Assembly: GCA_964188305.1 (NCBI GenBank)
Contig: OZ076893.1
DNA length: 64,000 nt
DNA from: Podarcis bocagei
Taxonomy: Eukaryota
Strand: one strand, 5' to 3'
A program made the position numbers and the translations under genes. Numbering within the stretch: position 1 is the stretch's first letter; every line of letters begins with the position of its first letter. The notes beneath the pieces were generated by a model. That model was not told the origin of the DNA. It made no database searches and saw only the letters and a program-made list of their open reading frames with translations. Positions 36,756 through 49,080 of the stretch are shown one piece after another.

Positions 36756-37739
36756 CAGTGGCGTAGCGTGGGGGGTGCCAGGGGTGCCAGCCGCACCGGG
36801 CGCAACACCTGGGGGGGCGCGAGTCCAGAGGGAAGGGACAAGCAATCGAGGCTTGGTTGGGGTGGGGGGTCGTCGTCTCCGCCACTGCTTCTGTTTTCCG
36901 CTGCGCTGAGGTGAGCTGGGCGCGGCCAGGCATGCAAGCGCAGCGCCTGGCCAAGCGCTGCAGCCTGGGGAGCCGGCGCCTTAGCGCCTCGCCGTCGGCC
37001 GCGCAGCCGTTGCCCAAGCTCGACAACTCGTGGAGGGCGCCTCTCTCTCTCTCTCTCTCTCTCTCTCCCTGGAGGGGAGGGGCTTTCCCTGCTCTTTGTT
37101 CCGTTTGAGCAAACACAGCAACGAAACAGAGCAGGGTGGGCAGTAAGACCCTGAGGCAGAATGCAGGAAAGCAGCCACTTCCTCTTTTCAGGTTTCCCTT
37201 CTCCGGTACCTACCCACCCACGTTTATTGCGAGGGAAATCTAGCTGACTGCAGGGAAGGGGTTGGGTGCATGTAATGTGTGACAAAGGCATCAGGTGTAC
37301 GTCTTGGGTGGAAAGGGTATAAGGGTGGGGAGGTAGAGTGCATTTAAAAAAACCAAAACATTGTGGATTTAAACAAGGAAAATGTAGCATAATCTACTGT
37401 TTGTAAGGGCCCTTTGGGATTGGTTTTACCCATCTCAGACAGTTAGCTCATAGTGTAAATAAAGATGGCTGTTGTTTACATTTTTTTAATAAAAGCATCA
37501 ACAACGATCCTTTTGCACGGTCTGTTGTGCTGTGTTGCAGAACTTTTTGCAGTTGCAGGATTAGGGATGGTGTTCTGTGCTACAGTGGCATAGCGTGGGG
37601 GGTGCAGGCTGGGCCGGCCACACCGGGCGCAACATCTGGGGGGCCGCGCTCCACGGGTTAGGGGGCGCAAAATCCACGGGTTAGGGGGCGCAAATTACTT
37701 GCCTTGCCCCGGGTGCTGACAACCCACGCTACGCCACTG
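36756..37739 (-). mobile_element. Same hAT family in opposite orientation; composite element carrying ~760 bp cargo plus a nested empty copy (Pack-hAT copy 2)
   Basis: TIRs cagtggcgtagcgtggg / cccacgctacgccactg; 8-bp TSD ggtctcat at 36748-36755 and 37740-37747; 36756-36821 is approximately the reverse complement of the right end of the 8548-8980 element. Confidence 0.93.
37583..37739 (-). mobile_element. Minimal empty 157-bp hAT MITE (core unit of the family), nested as the end of copy 2
   Basis: Both TIRs present (cagtggcatagcgtg...cacgctacgccactg); two ccacgggttagggggcgcaaa subterminal repeats; no TSD of its own (left flank ctgtgcta differs from right flank ggtctcat). Confidence 0.9.
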
Positions 37740-40700
37740 GGTCTCATGGAACCTTCCAGAACCTGGAACTGACATTGCAAATGCCAGCTCTCGAAATCAC
37801 TCTGCCTTCAATTAAAAGAACCATCAGGTAGTCGCAAGTATTTGCCTTACACAAGGAATATGTGTTCATTGCAGGCAAATTATTAAATTTACTTTTTTTT
37901 TCATTATAAGCCACTATTCTAGATTCTTTCCACCTTGATGAAAGAACATTCCATTTAATAGAATACTAACCTTGACAAGGTTATTTATTCAGAAACAACT
38001 ATTGAATGGGCATGTGACTGCTGGCGGAAGGGGGAAAATGCTTCCTCCTATGTTTATCCATGTCATTTGTGTTCTGTGAATTACATAAGGCAGAAAAAAG
38101 AACATCTATTGGAACATATTGATGGCAGCGCCTAATTTCCTTTGAGAGAGTTCTTAAGCTTTTAAACATTCACCATTGGATCCTTTCTCTGCAAAGTCAA
38201 ACTGCATCTTGACAATGTATCAGCAGAACACGTGTAATTTGTTTGCATGGAAATGGGATGTGTTTACTGCTTCAAAATATGTTTTAGAAATTTAAACTGG
38301 CATTCGAATTAATACTGCCAATATTAGCCTTTAATAGAAGGAACCTAATAAATATTGTAAATTATTCTTAATGCATGTAAAAAGAAACACGCAATCTTGC
38401 CTAAATCTTCATTTACTATCATAACAGAATTTAAATTCCATATAATGTACATTGCAACAATATAATTAGTGTTTTTCACTACAAACAAAAATCACCTCAT
38501 AATCCAGATGTTGTATTTTAAATCCTTCATGTCTCTCATATTGCTCATAAATATTTTAATTCAAAATACACACACCCCATGATAATCCACAAAACATTTC
38601 TTTTTTTCAAGGTGGTTTGTGCCAAAGCCTTGGATAATGCTTGGTGGTTTACACCCATCTTTTTTAGAAAAATGGGGGGGGGGGGTATTGATTTCAGAGC
38701 TGGCTATAAGGTTTATGGCAGAATGCCAAAATACTAAAACTGTTTCTGGGAATAGCAACAAAAACCAGATAAACATAAGGCACCTCTTTAGCCTAGACTG
38801 AGCTGAAATTATTTTTAAAATGACATACCAGGAAATTGTTAATGTGGGGACTAGTGGCTTTATTTGGTTTTTTAAACTAAAATGAATGTTCTGTAACCTG
38901 CCCTGGGACCTTACGGTGAAGGGTGGATAAGAAATCCAACCAACCAATCATTATTTTTTTTAAATGAACTATTAAAATACTTTCTTTTTATCCTACCACT
39001 AATACAATGGAGAGCTGCAGTAATGTTTACGTTATGTCACAAAAACATCACATAAGTCACACTGTCTTAATCTTATGGTACTTTTTTCTCCCTTTTTCAT
39101 TTAAAAATGGCAAGGAAGATAATAAATCAATGCTAAAATAATGTAAACTTGCATGTTCAAAATGAAATGTTCAGCACTTTGAGAAGTGGGAATTGCTTCA
39201 GTACACACAAATAGCTTTTCACACGCATTCTCATTTTCTTCTCAGCCTTCATGAACTTCAGGAATTTCCAAGTGTTCAAGAGATATATTGAAGCATTCAG
39301 TGTGTTGAATGCTCACTCCAGTTTGTAAAATATGCTCACTGCTGCTACTAAGCAAGCATTGCTAAGGTTTTCAGGTATACACCTTATGCTTTCCCTTTGC
39401 TTGTTGATAAAATAAGGCTTTACATCGCTATTGAAAATGGCACTTTAACTAGTGGATATATTCGTATTTCAGATGCAGGTGCCTGGTGTCATTTTGTTTG
39501 AGCATGGTCATGGGACATTCTTCAACAAGACTTAGAAAACCTTGATTCAATATTCCACTCAGGAGGAGCTGACACTTACTGTGAATTCTGCTCTTCAACT
39601 TAAATACCAAAGTCTGTGGCAGGCCAATTCTATCATTGCAGATACAGCATCCCTCGGGCGAGGTCCAACCTTTTTCTTGCAGTGCACCCAGGGATTAGCT
39701 TGACTTCCCCTACATTCTCTCCACTGCACAGTAAGAGCTAATCTTTCCTGCATGAAGCAAGAGATGGTGTTGCTATGACAACACATTCTAGCAGTGGGAC
39801 TACTGGGATGAGCTGAAAAGATGACAGGGAGACATGCACTCAGCCTTCCTCCAGGGCTATGGGCTCCTTCCTCTAGGATTTAATTCTCCCATGTTTACTG
39901 ACAGCTTGGGATGCTAATTATCTATGAATTTTGTCATTTGGAGATTAACTAGTTAAGACTATGGCTGAGTTATTAGAGAGTACTTCAGTGAAAATTGTTG
40001 TTTTTCAGTGTGTTATATATCGAGTAAGATGTGGCCACTTTATAAACCATTATACAGTTCTACCTCTTATCCCCAAATTAAGGACTCCCTGTGTGAAAGA
40101 AAAATAAAGACACATGCCAAGCCCAGTCCTTCAGCACCTGCCTCCTCCATAATCTTCCTTTTTGAGTTTGCCTCTTACCAAGACCTCAATATAACCGCTA
40201 TAACTGCAACATTTGAGCAACTAAATTTCTCAAGGTAGGGTCAGCAAATGCCAACAAATGCCTCATTTTTTACATGGGCTACTATAAGCCAAACCAAAAA
40301 AGGTTAAGAGAGCCTTCCAACAGCAAGGGTAAAAGAAATCCAGTCATTCACATCATTCACATATTGTATGTGTAACAGACACTTACGGTAACTTCCAGAG
40401 AAACAAACTGGTTCTGTTTGCTTGTTTTTTTCCAATATAAAGAGCCTTTTAGACTATTTTACTATGTTCACTTGTTTAATATAAAAAAATGGCTTAGCTG
40501 CTTTCTGGTGCTCCTGTCTCCCAGAGCACATTCCACAGAATTTTCATCTTCATTTGACTTGAATAGCCTTTAGCCATCTAAAGTATGGGTGACCATAGAG
40601 TTTGTTGCCTTTCTGGCTGGCTTTGGGCATTCACTGAAAGCAGTAATTAATGAAGCATGATGCTTCCTCTAAGATTGCTTCTGGGATTTGTGCCAATGAT

Positions 40701-41169
40701 GGAAGGGAACATGTTTATATCCACCTTGACAAGATAGCATGTTCTGTCTATGAAAGAGATTCTGCATGATCCTGCTTTGCATGGGATCAGGAAACAGAAG
40801 TGTAAATTATGCACGATCCCCCTACCATTGCACCTAGCTATCCTTTATCTCCTCATTTAATGCTAAATGTTGAAATTGCCGCTAAGTTTTCTTGCCTTCT
40901 AATGTGTGTTGCACGTGCTACTGTGATCATAATGGAAATAAAACAGCAAGTCTGTGTGGACCGCCATAGTTTAGCACTGAAATAGTTTGTGTTTCTTATT
41001 AATAAAAATAAGCTCCCAGCAATGTGGGGTTCCAAAAATCAAACATTGTATTTGATTCAGGTCCCTCTGTGACTTGTACTTGTTGCTGAACTTTATACCT
41101 TAAATGTTTTGTTATTTTGTATGAATACTTAGGGGTGTATGGAGTGTTGGAGGAGGGGTAGTACTTCAG

Positions 41170-42310
41170 GTGGGGGACACATCATCTCCTTCTGGGATAG
41201 TTTGTCCACCTTTGGTTCCCTCTTTGCACTTAGCTCTCACCTGTGGCTCCTAGAAGCTGTCAGCGTGCAACAGTGGTCACAACCTGGGAAATGTACTTGA
41301 CTGGTTGGCTAAATCAGGTGAGAGTAGCCGATGGGTCTCAAACCCCCAGTTAGTTAGGGACTTTCCCTGCATGTGTAGACAGGGTCTGTCAGATTTAGTG
41401 GCCGAGACCAATAGTGTGTCCAAGGGTCAAGAAGGTGGTTACTGCATGTGCTGTTGAGGAAAATGAGGGGCAGATGGGGCTTGTCAACCTGGGAAGGTAG
41501 CCCATTTGGGAGAAGGAACACTCTGATCCTAAACCTTCACTGCCTTGTGGCTATACTCATTCATGAGAAAGGCTTCCGGAATTAACCCCAAGGAAAAATC
41601 TGTACCCTACACAAATCCAGAGTGGAGTACCTGAGATGGTTGTTTGGTGTCTTGTATGCCTCCTTCCGGGTTGGGACGCGGGTGGCGCTGTGGGTTAAAC
41701 CTCAGCGCCTAGGACTTGCCGATCACATGATCGGTGGTTCAAATCCCCGCGGCGGGGTGCGCTCCCGTTGCTCGGTCCCAGCGCCTGCCAACCTAGCAGT
41801 TCGAAAGCACCCCCGGGTGCAAGTAGATAAATAGGGACCGCTTACCAGCGGGAAGGTAAACGGCGCTTCCGTGTGCGGCTCTGGCTCGCCAGAGTAGCTT
41901 CGTCATGCTGGCCACGTGACCCGGATGTGTCTGCGGACAGCGCTGGCTCCTGGTCTCTAGAGTGAGATGAGCGCACAACCCTAGAGTCTGTCAAGGCTGG
42001 CCCGTACTGGCAGGGGTATCTTTACCTGTACCTTTATGCCTCCTTCCAGCAACTCCTGCAGCCCAGCTGGTGCCAAATGTATTGATCTACTTTCCTTTGG
42101 ACCACATCAAGGCTGAGAGTGTGGTCTTGTCATCTGGGCAACCCAGGACCTCCATACACACCACCCGGGCTTGCACCCCAGGGAAATCACTTTGGTGCTG
42201 CTAGTGTAGGAAAAACATGTGGGAGGCAGCAGTTATGAGTTATTGGTCTTTGTAGTCACAGCAAGTGCTGTGATTCTCTAGTGGTTTGACTTCACCCCAG
42301 GAAGCACACC
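41170..42310 (+). mobile_element. Probable RTE-type LINE 5'UTR fragment interrupted by a Sauria SINE
   Basis: Motifs gtagcccat.tgggagaaggaa.actctgatcctaaacc and gtcatctgggca.cccaggacc resemble RTE 5' regions (recall only). Confidence 0.5.
41668..42034 (+). mobile_element. Sauria SINE (lacertid type), full length, young
   Basis: gggacgcgggtggcgctgtgg tRNA-like head, ccaacctagcagttcgaaagc core, (tacctt) tail; TSD tatgcctccttcc. Confidence 0.93.
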
Positions 42311-42397
42311 ATCCTAAACTCAAGAATGGAGGAAGGCAGAATCTTGAATGAATGAATAATTGGCATGCCAGGGAGCCTGCCAGATATATGGCCTAGT

Positions 42398-42400
<3 letters not shown>

Positions 42401-42444
<44 letters not shown>
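42401..42444 (+). repeat. (AC)n microsatellite
   Basis: Direct reading. Confidence 0.95.
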
Positions 42445-42448
<4 letters not shown>

Positions 42449-43337
42449 ATATCCCTCTGTCTTGGGATGCACTGCTTAGCTTGTCCTCTCAGAGCCTCGG
42501 TAGATCATCAGTAAGATTATGCCAAACTCTTAGATTTGCCTTAATTTGAGAATTGACATGCCTGCATACTAGGCATATACACAACATTTTTAAAAAAAAT
42601 ATTGGCTTTGATTGTATTCCCAGAGTTTGTCTCAAAGAGATTAGTATAATTCACAAAACAGCTATAGCACCTGCATTTGGTTTTTTTCTTTAATTAGCAT
42701 GAGGAATTTTTTAAAGCATTTTTCCCCTACCCTTGTGCTCTGTAGTATTGGAAATAGGCCAAAACTTCAACCAACGTATGATTCTGCAATTAGAACCAAT
42801 GAACCAGAATTCAAAAGCATAGAGGAATTTATTTGCTAAATAGATTCCCCTCTCAAGGCACTATTTTACACATAGGCTTCTAACTGGAAGCTCTGGTGTA
42901 AAATTCCAGATTTTTCCCATCTTGGTGTTCGAGAATGCAGTACAAGGAATATTACTGAGCACAGGTCTGAGCCTTCCGTAGAGTAGACTGAAGAGGCCAT
43001 CTCAGGTGACCAATTTAGGGTGCCATTAAGGAATGTCCCAATACCTGTGAACATCCCCAATAAAGTCCCCATAGTCTAGTACAGTTAAATGTTAATTGGG
43101 CTGTGTGCATCAGAAAACAATAAGCAAAAAATTGAACCCATCTCTCACAAAATTTGGGCCTGACTTGTACTACAATGGCTCACCCTGGTGCCAGTGCTCC
43201 TTGCCACTGCTGCAGGGTGTTTATTGATGCCAGTGAACCTGGGAAGTGAAGTTTTGGATGGCTTTCTGGTTAAGAGATTCAACCAGGAGGCACTGGGATT
43301 TCCATTTTGCACCCTCGACCACATCACCAACAATATA

Positions 43338-43546
43338 CAGTGGTACCTCATGTTAAGAACTTAATTCGTTCTGGACGTCCATTCTTAACCTGAGGTACCA
43401 CTTTAGCTAATGGGGCCTCCTGCTGCTGCTGCGCTGCCACCACGCTATTTCTGTTCTCATCCTGAAGCAAAGTTCTTAACCCGAGGTACTATTTCTGGGT
43501 TAGCAGAGTCTGTAACCTGAAGCGTCTGTAACCTGAGGTACCACTG
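43338..43546. mobile_element. Tigger/pogo-like (TcMar) MITE
   Basis: TIRs cagtggtacctc / gaggtaccactg with TA target duplication; homologous to 45297-45538. Confidence 0.9.
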
Positions 43547-45296
43547 TACCTGGCTTAAAGATTTTTCTGTCACTCCCCACACCTTCCCTCCCAACAAATA
43601 GGATAACGTTTCAGAAGAGAGGGGCAGCAGGGAAGGCTGAGGGTGACCTCCACTGAGCATTGCCCTTCCAGAAGTCATCTGTCAACTACTCAGCATTTCT
43701 GAAGACCTCTGCTTGTTCCCTCAAGGCTCAGTACAGTCTCGAGTCTCTTAATATCTCCTTATTGTTTACTCTGTCCTTTTCCACACAACAGGGTCTCCTT
43801 TCTTCTCCCTGCCTCAGCCAACACAGATACTGAACTCCCTCTTGGCCTGCTGGTTATAATTAGGTTATAGTTTGGCAGAAACACCACCTGCTTTCCCCTT
43901 TTGTATGTTAAACGGTACAGCAGTTTGAAGGGGAGAAACAGGAAAAGAGTGCCATGTAGTTTTTTGAAGCATCAGAATGTTTGTGCTGATGCTATCAGTT
44001 GAAAACCTTGTTGGAACTTAAGGCAGACAAAGAGAAAAACACTGTGAATCCATTTATAATACAAGTGCAAGGCCTATTGTGGTTTCCCCTGATCTGGTAT
44101 CCATGATTTATGGAAACAACTTTTCTGAGCTTTATTGTAGTCAAAAGTGGGAAAGCTGCTCCCTGTCTTATTGACAATATAAGGTGAACATTGTGAGCTT
44201 GATTGTTGTTATGGCAACAAGAGTTGTTGTTATGTAACAATGAAACTGCTGAGCATGTGCAAACTGAAGCATCAGTTATCTTCACTGACCATGAGGTCAG
44301 TTAATTTTGATATAATGCTGTGCAACAAGGTCTGTAGAAAGCTTTTGGAACAGGTAAGAATTCTTCTGCTCCAGATAGCAAATCCCATCAAGATTGCCGA
44401 GCCCCCTTGTCAGCACAGGGAAAGACACAGGGCCATTTATTAGTTTATTTGATGTATTTTACCCCACTGTTCTGAAATACCATATTCAAGGTGGCTAACA
44501 AAATATTGATTTATATTTCATGGGTTCAGGACAAATGCTAACATTTTAAACAGAATATTCCCCCTCCCACTCACGCCACCTGTCTCCATTGTCTAAGTAT
44601 TAAGTTTGGATGTCCTGAAAATAAAAAGGAAAACAAAGTAAAAATAATGAAATCCATCCACTCCCTTGCATTTCTTGTTACTGTTACTTCATTTACCCAA
44701 AAACAAAGCTGACCTACAGCTCTCCACCTTCCTCTCTCAAAAAGGAGACGAAATAATAATCCTTTAAAAAAACCAATTCAGTTCATAGTATGTCCTTTTC
44801 CTATCAGGTTGCCTGTGTAATCAAGCTGTACTCTATATATCTGATCACTCACTTCTCTGTTTCTGATTTGTCTTTCAGATGGAAGGCAGAGAGCAGGTCC
44901 TCCAGGACTCACAGCAAGGTAGTATCTGGGTCTCCTTAGCGGCCTCACCTTTTTGTGGATGGAGTGAGTCAGGGTTCCGTTCCAGGCCAGGTGGAAATTG
45001 CCTGCAATTTCTGTGGCCTCTCTGCTTGGAGGACAGACCTGGGTAGACTTTGCAAACTGTCCTGGTCCCCTATAACTAGCCTGCTGCTTCAGATGCAGCA
45101 AGGTTGCTACAGTGTTATTACTGTTGAAGTGAGGTTCAACTCATTATTTAGCCAGCTCTGCAACTGGAGTGGGGTGGAGGATGGGGTGGACATCTCAGGC
45201 AGCAAAATGTATTGGACCAACACCTATGCAGTGGACCAATGGGTGAGTAAGTCCCACTGAAAATTACAGTGGTGACTGTGCAATACTATACCTGTA

Positions 45297-45538
45297 CAGT
45301 GGTACCTCGGGTTAAGTACTTAATTCATTCCGGAGGTCCGTTCTTAACCTGAAACTGTTCTTAACCTGAAGCACCACTTTAGCTAATGGGGCCTCCCATT
45401 GCTGCCACACCGCCAGAGCCCAATTTCTGTTCTTATCATGAAGCAAAGTTCTTAACCTGAAGCACTATTTCTGGGTTAGCGGAGTGTGTAACCTGAAGTG
45501 TATGTAACCTGAAGCGTATGTAACCCGAGGTACCACTG
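45297..45538. mobile_element. Tigger/pogo-like (TcMar) MITE
   Basis: TIRs cagtggtacctcgggtta / taacccgaggtaccactg with TA TSD. Confidence 0.92.
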
Positions 45539-48284
45539 TATTTTGAGGATACGTGCTTAGGATAGAGCTGTGAGTGTAACTTTACTTTCTATTGTCCACT
45601 AAAATAAATTCATAGTGGAATGTATTATTTAGTGTTCTAGAAAGAGAATGTAAAATTAAAAACTGGGCAGAAAACAACTGCAAAGAAAATAGTAGCATTT
45701 TTCATTTGCATATCTCCCCCTTTAAATGAGGCTGCAGTTATCCCTCAAAGAATCCATTGATAAATATTTGCCAGGAAGTGATGCTAGTTTTCTGTGGCCA
45801 ATATGTTTGTATCTATGACTGATGAACAGAAGATTGTGTTACTGCTGTGTTTACTGGCCATGTGTTGTGGATCAGTTAAGGACGTCAGAAATGCTGTCAG
45901 TGAAAGTGCATTCTCCATTAGCAAATTAGTTTATTTGCAGCAACTTGTGACAGAGCAGTTGGAAAACTGGGGTCCCACTGTTACTGGTATCCCATGCCAC
46001 AGGGCTGTCTCTAATGCAAAAGCTGCATTTATAAGCAGCTTTGAAAGGCCAGAGACAATTCAAACAAAAATAACTCTTCCTTGATGGTGTGGGGTGAAAA
46101 ATTTATGACAGAGAGCTGAAAAGAGAGAGACTTAAAGTCCTGAGAAAGATGCCAGAGCCTGCTTTTGGTTTGCCTATTTGTCTAATGCTTGACATTTCAG
46201 GCATGACTGTAGATAGCTGGGGGAAATAGATGGTTTTATTCAACTTGAGAGAAGATGAAATCACTTGAGTGAATCAAATCACTTGAGTGAATCTCCTAAC
46301 TAACATTATCCATTGGATTAGATTATTTATCCCGATACGATACTGTATAATTAATATAAATCCAAAAGTTGCTTTTGTTTTTACAAATGATTAAAGACCC
46401 AGAAAGAATATTGGCAAGATGGAGGCAACTATTAATCCTAGCTCAGCAAATCCTCAGAATGTAGCTACCTGGAACAGGAGGAAACATTTGCTGAGAGCTT
46501 CAATTTTGTATCCTATCTGAAACTTTGCAGTAAATTGCCTAGCCAGCATGAGAATACTTCAGAGACTTTCCCACTGAGTGAACAGGAAAATGGGAAGAAA
46601 GATGGTGAAAAATTTAAGTGAGGAAAAAGTGCAGGCCTTGGAATAACACAGCAGGTTTCTGAACACCTGGCTGTGTAAAATATATATATATATATCTGTG
46701 TGGTGTTAGAGGGCATAATAAGCAGAATTTAGCAAATGCACCTGCCAATCACCTGTCCTTGAGTGTAAGTATATTAAAATAAGGATTTGAGGCAATAGTA
46801 ATATTGGGATAATGAAAGAGTTGGCAGTTTTTTAAAACTGTAAGAAAATCATTCCTGACCATTGGCCATGTTGGCTAGGACTGATGGGACCTGGAAAACA
46901 ACATGATGTGGAAAACACAGGCTGCCCACTTCTGCTTACAACTGAACAACAACACAGTTAAAGTTGTAGCATGCCCTCAGCTCCTTTGAATTTGTACTTC
47001 AGTATAATATCTATAGAAGGAAAATGTGTACAGACTCTTTAAGAGCCAATCCTAAGAGTCCCTGGGTTGCTACAGACCATGTGAGTGAACAGCAAGAAAC
47101 AGTTTTATTTTTGTAGCATTATCCCCTCACGGGGCAAAAAAATCATGGGCCAAGATGGACTACTAGCCAGGGTCAGTTCTGCATTAAGCTGGAACCTTCA
47201 GCCAGGTATTCTGCTATGGGTTTTTATCAGTAAGTTGAAAGCAATAAATAGTTGAAATTATAGAAGTCAGGTGTGCTGCTGTTTTCACAAATATAATAGA
47301 AAAAGACATAGCTAGATATAATCTGCTGGATATAGCTCACTTTCACTATGTTTTATAAAGTAACATCAGTGGAAGTGTTCCATCTGGCCTTTGCTTCAGA
47401 TATAGAAAATTGTCATATGAAAGCTGAATGGCACCTCAAGCGGAACTAAAAGTGAGAAGATCAGTGCAATTTTCATTTACAGAAAATATGCTATCAATTA
47501 TCCAAAATTTTACATCAAACTTGTCCAAAATTTTACATGAAAATTGCTATTTAATGGTATAGTAAAAGTATATAATAGTGTAATAGCTGGTGTTCTCAAG
47601 AATCTACATGAAAATACATTTAGGTAATATATCATTCTCTGAAATTGGCTTGAGTGAAAATATTCCCTCTCTTCATTAACGTCCTGGAGGACAGTAATCA
47701 TACCGTCTTAACCTTGCCATCCTTTAACATAATAGGAACAATATAATGTGGGGCACTCAATCAAGTTGGAATACTCCACAGTTCTACAAACATGTTATTA
47801 GGCTATCATAGTAGTGGGGAAATGTTTTAAATAAAATTATGTTAATAGGCTATGGCCAATACTCAGTATTACAGCAAAGTGTGATAACTGTGTTGTCACT
47901 TCTTTTATAGCCCTAACATTTATTTGTCTTGGTTTCTCGAGGAACTTAGTGCAAGCAAAACCAACAGAGATTTCTGCATTATTCCTTGAGCCCTGCTAAC
48001 CTGCTAGAATCCAGGACCACTGGCTTTCTTCTTGAGTTCACAGGAGGCCATTGTTTTTATGCTCCATTTGTTGACCCTGGGGCAAGTGGAAGACATTTGG
48101 GACTAAGGACACAATGGTGCCCTTTTACAGGTACAGAATGTGTCTGGGCTGACAGTTGTTGTTGTTTAGATTCCTTACTGACCCTTCACTGTAACATATC
48201 AGGCTGGGCTACAAAAATGAAAAATCCAATATTAAAATCATTTAAAACCAGGTATAATCAGAAGAATAGAGTGGGTCCTAAATA

Positions 48285-48674
48285 CCGTATTTTTTGCTCC
48301 ATAAGACGCACTTTTTCCCTCCTAAAAAGTAAGGGGAAATGTGTGTGAGTCTTATGGAGCGAAGGTTCAGGCAGGAGGTTCTGCTCAGTGCTGCCTTTAA
48401 AGAGCCGCGTGGAGCATGTGTGCGGCTCTTTGGGGCTTTTCCCCGAGGAGGGAGAAGGGCAGCCCATCAGTCCCTTCTGCCTCCTTGGGGAAAAGCCTGC
48501 AAGCACCGCACACATGCTCCACATGGTTCGTGAAAGGGAGTGCTGAGCAGAGCCTGGGATGTATACAGGCTCTGCTCAGCGCTCCCTTTAAAGAATATTT
48601 TTTTTCTTGCATTCCCCCTCTAAAAACTAGGTGCGTCTTATGGTCAGGTGCGTCTTATGGAGCGAAAAATGTGG
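48285..48674. mobile_element. TcMar (Tc2-like, CCGTATTT ends) MITE with foldback interior
   Basis: TIRs ccgtattttttgctccataagacgcac / gtgcgtcttatggagcgaaaaatgtgg with TA flanks. Confidence 0.85.
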
Positions 48675-48734
48675 TATATTACAATTTGTGCTGGTAATAG
48701 GACAGGCATGCAACACACAGAGTCCTCAAAAAGA

Positions 48735-48920
48735 ATGCATTCCAGAGTCTGTTCAACTCCTGGAACCATTCGAAAACCAAGGCACGGCTTCTGATTAGCT
48801 GCAGGAGCATCCTGCAGCCAATCGGAAGCTGCGGAAGCCACACCGGATGTTTGGTTTCAAAAAATCGTTCAAAAACCGGAACTCTTACTTCCAAGGCGTT
48901 CGGCAACTAAGGTACAACTG
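48735..48920. mobile_element. Tigger-like MITE fragment
   Basis: ttcgaaaaccaaggc, gttcaaaaaccgga, ttcggcaactaaggtacaactg+TA end. Confidence 0.6.
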
Positions 48921-49080
48921 TAGGAGGAAATGGACATAGAAGGAACAGTCAGAGCACTGCCACAGCTGACCCATAGCACCTGCCACCTGTGGTGGTCACC
49001 TCATTTTGTCTAATGATAGAGCTGACCCCACCCCCTTATCTCTCTCTCCCCCCCCTCTCCCTCTCCCTGTGTTTCACAAT

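Noticed and set aside
36737-36911. 12-bp identity gctgcgctgagg between the insertion-site flank (36737-36748) and cargo (36900-36911)
   Set aside because: Short, and not at a cargo junction; the clean 8-bp TSD indicates ordinary transposition, so probably chance.
36589-37390. Long ORFs of 175 and 211 aa
   Set aside because: They span TIR, cargo and (GA)n repeat with low-complexity translation, and show no transposase or other recognisable domain.
25830-46294. Short tandem duplications (about 25831-25867, 27176-27210, 31638-31715, 46258-46293) as a CRISPR-like array
   Set aside because: Unrelated two-copy slippage duplications in eukaryotic DNA, with no shared repeat or spacer structure.
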